NCBI GenBank assembly: GCA_963833575.1
Contig: CAWHXY010000004.1
Location: 224,001-288,000, forward strand
Reading direction: 5' to 3'
DNA: 64,000 bases
From: Candidatus Bathyarchaeota archaeon
GTDB lineage: Archaea; Thermoproteota; Bathyarchaeia; Bathyarchaeales; Bathycorpusculaceae
Below, piece by piece: positions 59,847 through 64,000 of this stretch; position 1 is the stretch's first letter, and each line of letters opens with the position of its first letter. The notes under the pieces were generated by a model, which was not told where the DNA came from, ran no database searches, and was given only the letters and a program-made list of their open reading frames with translations. The position numbers were made by a program, and so were the translations under genes.

Positions 59847-60057
59847 TTAGCGAAACCACAGGTCAAACTGGTTTGTTTTAGAAATACGTTTTATGAATTA
59901 TAATTACTTATCTTAGAAGTTAGAACATTTGTACCTTAGAAAAATGAGTTTTTAAAAGAAAATTCGATTTTGATTGATGTAGCTTTATAAAATTCGATGT
60001 AATAATAGAGAATCCAAACATTTTTGCTTAAATACGCAAAACTGAAGGTAGCTGTTA

Positions 60058-61520
60058 ATGAACACAATGCCAGAAGCTCAAAACAAAGCACCTGCATCGC
60101 CTGTCCGACATAACAATATCGTGTTAGGCATAGTAATGCTTGGAACACTTATGGGTGCACTTGACAGCACCATAGTTCTCCTAGCTTTTCCTGTAATAAA
60201 TGACAGCCTTCACTCTGACCTTGCGACCTCATTGTGGATTATTCTGGCTTACCTTCTTGTCCTCGCCGTTGCAACAACTCAGATGGGCAGAATAGGGGAC
60301 ATTTATGGCAGGAGCAAAATATTCAATTTAGGATTCGTAATTTTCACCGTTGGCTCAGCCCTATGTGGTTTCTCACCCCACATTTACCCGCTCATAGCCT
60401 TCAGAGGCGTTCAAGCTGTAGGGGGAGCAATCATGCAGGCAACCAGCGGAGCCATAATAGCTGATTACTTCCCAAGAGAAAAACGTGGCAGAGCTTATGG
60501 TTATAATTCGCTTGGATTCACTGCTGGGGCAATGTTAGGCATTGTACTAGGGGAATAATAACCACATTTGTCAGTTGGCAATTCATTTTCTTCATCAACA
60601 TTCCAATCGGCGTAGTCGCCGTAGTTGTAGGTTATAGGTATATGAAGGATATTTCGCCGAGAACAGCTACAAAATTAAATCTTTCTGGGATGGCGTTGCT
60701 TGCTTCGGCATTAGTATTGCTCTCGTTGGGATTGGTCAGTTTCGCGGCTGAAGGACTTAGCGTTTTCAGCGTAGTCTTAGCAGTGATTGGAGCAGTCTTG
60801 TTGCCGGTCTTCATTTGGTATGACCGCCGACTTGATAATTCCATGATTGATTTCGAAGCATTCAAAAACAAGGTTCTAAGGAACGCAATTTTCTCGGCAT
60901 TCTTTACAAGCGTCGGATATTTCTCGGTAGTTTTTCTGGTAATAATGTATTTACAAGGTATAAGAGCGCTTACACCTTTGAACGCTTCCTTGCTACTGGT
61001 ACCTGGATATGTGGCCGGCAGTTTTCTCGGTCCAATAATGGGTAGACTCTCCGACAAATATGGCTCACGAGAAATAGCTACGCTGGGAATATTCTTCTTA
61101 GGATTGGCCGTTTTGATTTATTTGAGCTTAGGTGCCACTTCGCCACTATACATCGTGTTGCTGGCGTCAGCGGTTTCAGGTATAGGAACATCCATGTTCT
61201 TCCCAGCTAACAACAGCGCCGTAATGGCAAATGTGAGAACAGGTTCATTCGGCAGCATCTCTGGCTTACTTAGAACAGTCCAGAATATTGGGTTAGTTGG
61301 CAGTTACGTACTGGCAATCTCAGTTGCAGCAGCTTCAATACCAAGGCAAGTGGCTTTCGAAGTTTTCGTGGGAACAACAAACCTTTCTGGTGGGGTAAGT
61401 CAAGCATTCATCTCGGGGATAGATCACGCGTTTTATGCTTCAATAGCTATCTTGACAGTTGCAGGCGTACTGTCATATATCAGAGGAAAGGACGTAAGAA
61501 AACAAACAACTGCTAAATGA
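60058..61520 (+). pseudogene. DHA2-type MFS transporter split by a single frameshift
   Basis: GRIGDIYGR motif A. One extra G in the G4 run at 60550-60553 restores [22 protein letters not shown] and joins ORF 60642. Confidence 0.85.
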
Positions 61521-61594
61521 AACTTTACTAAAACCTAATTACTCCGCTGCCACAATTAATTCTTAAATTATAGCAAATACTCTGGAGGCTTGGC

Positions 61595-62548
61595 TTGGGC
61601 AAACTCAAATTTGGAGTATTCCTTCCATTCTACGCATTCCAAGCGAAAGAGCCCCAAGAACACTTCAGGCTTATTCGTGACATTGTTTTAGAATGCGAAC
61701 ATTCAGGTTACGATTCAATTTGGCTTGACGACCATTTAATGTACAATGATTGGTCCATATTTGAAAGTTGGACAACCCTCTCCGCTCTTTCTTCAATAAC
61801 AAATAGCATACGTCTTGGAACTATGGTTTCCTGCAACGCACACAGAAACCCACCATTGCTTGCAAAAATGGCGGCTACACTTGATGTCATATCAGGAGGT
61901 AGGTTGGAGTTCGGCATAGGAGCAGGTATCCAAAAAAACGAGCATGACGCCTATGGTTTTGGCTTTTCTAAACAAAGCGTTCGAATCGAGCATTTGGGTG
62001 AGGCTTTGGAATTGACAAAACAATTGTGGACTAAGGAAAAAGCCAGCTACAGAGGAAACCATTATTCACTATTTGATGCGGTGTGCGAACCTAAACCCAT
62101 TCAGAAACCTCACCCTCCCGTAACGGTAGGCGGTGGTAGCGAACTTTTAATACAAAAAGTAACTGCACCTTATGCTAATAGGTTTGATTGGGGCTTCTTG
62201 CCTTCTGTTGAAATGTATAAGCTCAAACTTGAGATTTTGAAGAAACAATGCACAAAAATCGGCAGAAACTTTGAGGAAATTGAAAAATCCTGCTGGCCAG
62301 GGGGCCAAGTTCTAATTGCAAAAAATCAGAATGAGCTTAATGAAAAAATTTCTCAGCTCAAACCAGCAAACGTAAGAGTAGAAGACTTCAAAAAGACTAT
62401 CCTTGCAGCTATCCCTGACGAATGCGCCGATCGACTGAAGGTTTATACAGATTTAGGTGTGACTTATTTTATGTTATTTTTCTGCGATTTACCAAGGCCA
62501 GATAGTTTGAGACAGTTTTCAGAAAATGTTATCAGCAAAATGAGCTAA
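61595..62548 (+). CDS. LLM-class (probably F420-dependent) oxidoreductase
   Basis: WLDDH, IRLGTMV, RNP.LLAKMAATLD.ISGGR..FGIGAG, PKP.Q.PHPP. Confidence 0.92.
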   Translation: MGKLKFGVFLPFYAFQAKEPQEHFRLIRDIVLECEHSGYDSIWLDDHLMYNDWSIFESWTTLSALSSITNSIRLGTMVSCNAHRNPPLLAKMAATLDVISGGRLEFGIGAGIQKNEHDAYGFGFSKQSVRIEHLGEALELTKQLWTKEKASYRGNHYSLFDAVCEPKPIQKPHPPVTVGGGSELLIQKVTAPYANRFDWGFLPSVEMYKLKLEILKKQCTKIGRNFEEIEKSCWPGGQVLIAKNQNELNEKISQLKPANVRVEDFKKTILAAIPDECADRLKVYTDLGVTYFMLFFCDLPRPDSLRQFSENVISKMS

Positions 62549-62913
62549 AGATCTCCTTGGGCAATATGCGATAGCTCATGAACAATAATTTCATCTAAGC
62601 TGTGGTAAGGATTTTCCCTAACTATAATGACATATTCGACATCGTCGGCTTTGTTAGCGTTAAACACGCATGCATCAGTACCATTTGTCGAAAGGGTTCT
62701 GCCCCACTCATAAATTTCGCGCATATCATCTGCGGGGCAGCGCCTATGATCAATTATGTAGTTAAAATCTTCGTCTGTTAACTTAAATGCTTTAATTTTA
62801 GGCAGCGGCTTGCTGGATAAAGTTTTCCATACCTTAACAAGTTTGCTTTGATGAATGCGCTTAGCGTCCATATGGATTCCTTCAACCAAAACCACAAAAA
62901 TACTTCCTACCAA
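62545..62913 (-). CDS. Small zincin-like HExxH protein
   Basis: IIVHELSH near the C-terminus. Confidence 0.6.
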   Translation of the reverse strand: MVGSIFVVLVEGIHMDAKRIHQSKLVKVWKTLSSKPLPKIKAFKLTDEDFNYIIDHRRCPADDMREIYEWGRTLSTNGTDACVFNANKADDVEYVIIVRENPYHSLDEIIVHELSHIAQGDL

Positions 62914-63323
62914 TTTCTTGCCCGTGAAAACTCACGCGCTCAATTTTCAAACAAAGGTAATCAAAATTAATAAGTATTTATTGTAAAAGTGTTTGCAGTA
63001 GTTAAGCCACTACAACAAGTAAGGTAATATCCATATTTTAGGACCTGATCTTTTTGAATTTTTGTCGTTAAGTCACCTTGTCAAAAAACTTGATTTGCGT
63101 TTCCTGTTTTTTCTATGGAAACTACCTCTGTCAGCTAGACGCATGATCATACTGTGATTTTTGGTTGGCTGAGTCCGGTTTCCCTTCGAATGCATTTTCG
63201 AAGACATTTCCGTTGTGAGCATCCATGGAAATTTTAATGAAACGTTTCAAGAAAACTGTTTCACAGTTGTTTCAGCGAACTATCTTACCATTCCAAGCCC
63301 ATATAGTATTCAGAGGTGAAAAA

Positions 63324-63589
63324 ATGATAAACACAAAAGCTATAGTGCTCCTAATAGCAGCCTCAGTCCTCGTAGCAGCAGTTGCAGGTATTGCTTTCGC
63401 CCAATACGTTGGTTCACAAACCAACGGAACTATCACAAGCCAGACCCCACAAGGCACAACCGGTTCTACAGGCGCAACCTATCTGTACCCACAACAAGGC
63501 TACAACCTGTATCAACACAATATGGTTATCCACTCGGTAATGAAAGAGGTATGGGCATGTGCAGTCGCTTCTGGAGAATTAGCGACTAA
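63324..63589 (+). pseudogene. Small secreted Gly/Tyr-rich protein with a probable frameshift near 63515
   Basis: MINTKAIVLLIAASVLVAAVAGIAFAQ...QQGYNLY continues in another frame as QYGYPLGNERGMGMCSRFWRISD*. Confidence 0.5.
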
Positions 63590-63621
63590 CAACCCTCTTG
63601 TTTTCTTTGCCTAACTTTTGT

Positions 63622-64000
63622 CTATTCGGATGGAGTTGGCGAGTACCTGCTTAAGTAGCCTTTAGAGATCTTTGGTTTGCGTGGCTTCCATGTAGCTATT
63701 CGCTCTTTAAGCTCTTTATCTGATAACTCAACTTTCAAGACCCTGTTGGGTATGTCAATTGTTATTTTGTCGCCATTTTTTATAGCGGCAATTGGGCCTC
63801 CGTCAAAAGCCTCAGGTGCAACGTGTCCGATGCATGGTCCACGAGTGGCACCGGAAAATCTGCCGTCCGTAATCAAAGCTACGCTTTCGCTTAGACCCAT
63901 ACCTGCAATTGTAGCTGTGGGAATTAGCATTTCGGGCATTCCAGGTCCACCTTTTGGTCCTTCATAACGGATAACCACTACGTCGCCTGCCACTACTTCA
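63622..64000 (-). CDS. ilvD: Dihydroxy-acid dehydratase, C-terminal part (runs off the window)
   Basis: [33 protein letters not shown]. Confidence 0.95.
   Translation of the reverse strand, partial: EVVAGDVVVIRYEGPKGGPGMPEMLIPTATIAGMGLSESVALITDGRFSGATRGPCIGHVAPEAFDGGPIAAIKNGDKITIDIPNRVLKVELSDKELKERIATWKPRKPKISKGYLSRYSPTPSE

Overview
Archaeal chromosomal window. The gene content points to Ca. Bathyarchaeia (inference from the S4e/L32e/L19e/Rpp29 ribosomal cluster, DUF5752, a PQQ-like beta-propeller gene beside a TrmB regulator, and PEF-CTERM/YVTN surface proteins). Bases ~1-28 kb are an accessory-type region: YVTN surface-protein paralogs, redox enzymes, glycogen genes, wHTH regulators, pseudogenes and DNA ligase. 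Bases ~28-64 kb are mostly core: MgtA, the L22-to-SecY-to-Cmk cluster, hypFCD/hypE, an intron-containing tRNA-Met, Hsp20, RPA and partial IlvD. The main unexplained structure is a dispersed non-coding element with about 10 or more copies. Each has a conserved 47-bp core (CAACCTGCAAACAAATCAAACCCTGAATCAAAAAAGCAACCCAAAAC-like), often followed by a GTTGTTGTTCTTC tail. Most cores are preceded by a tract of 10-bp-period tandem repeats whose unit differs between copies. The clear copies are all on the + strand and often sit in clusters of 2-4. Also notable: YVTN proteins with swapped C-terminal modules (including a catalytically dead M50-like domain and an orphaned PEF-CTERM), long Lys/Glu/Ala/Pro tails on five ribosomal proteins, a twin palindromic operator linked to a candidate structured RNA, and a non-canonical 45/46 tRNA intron. 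All calls were made by eye; no searches were run.
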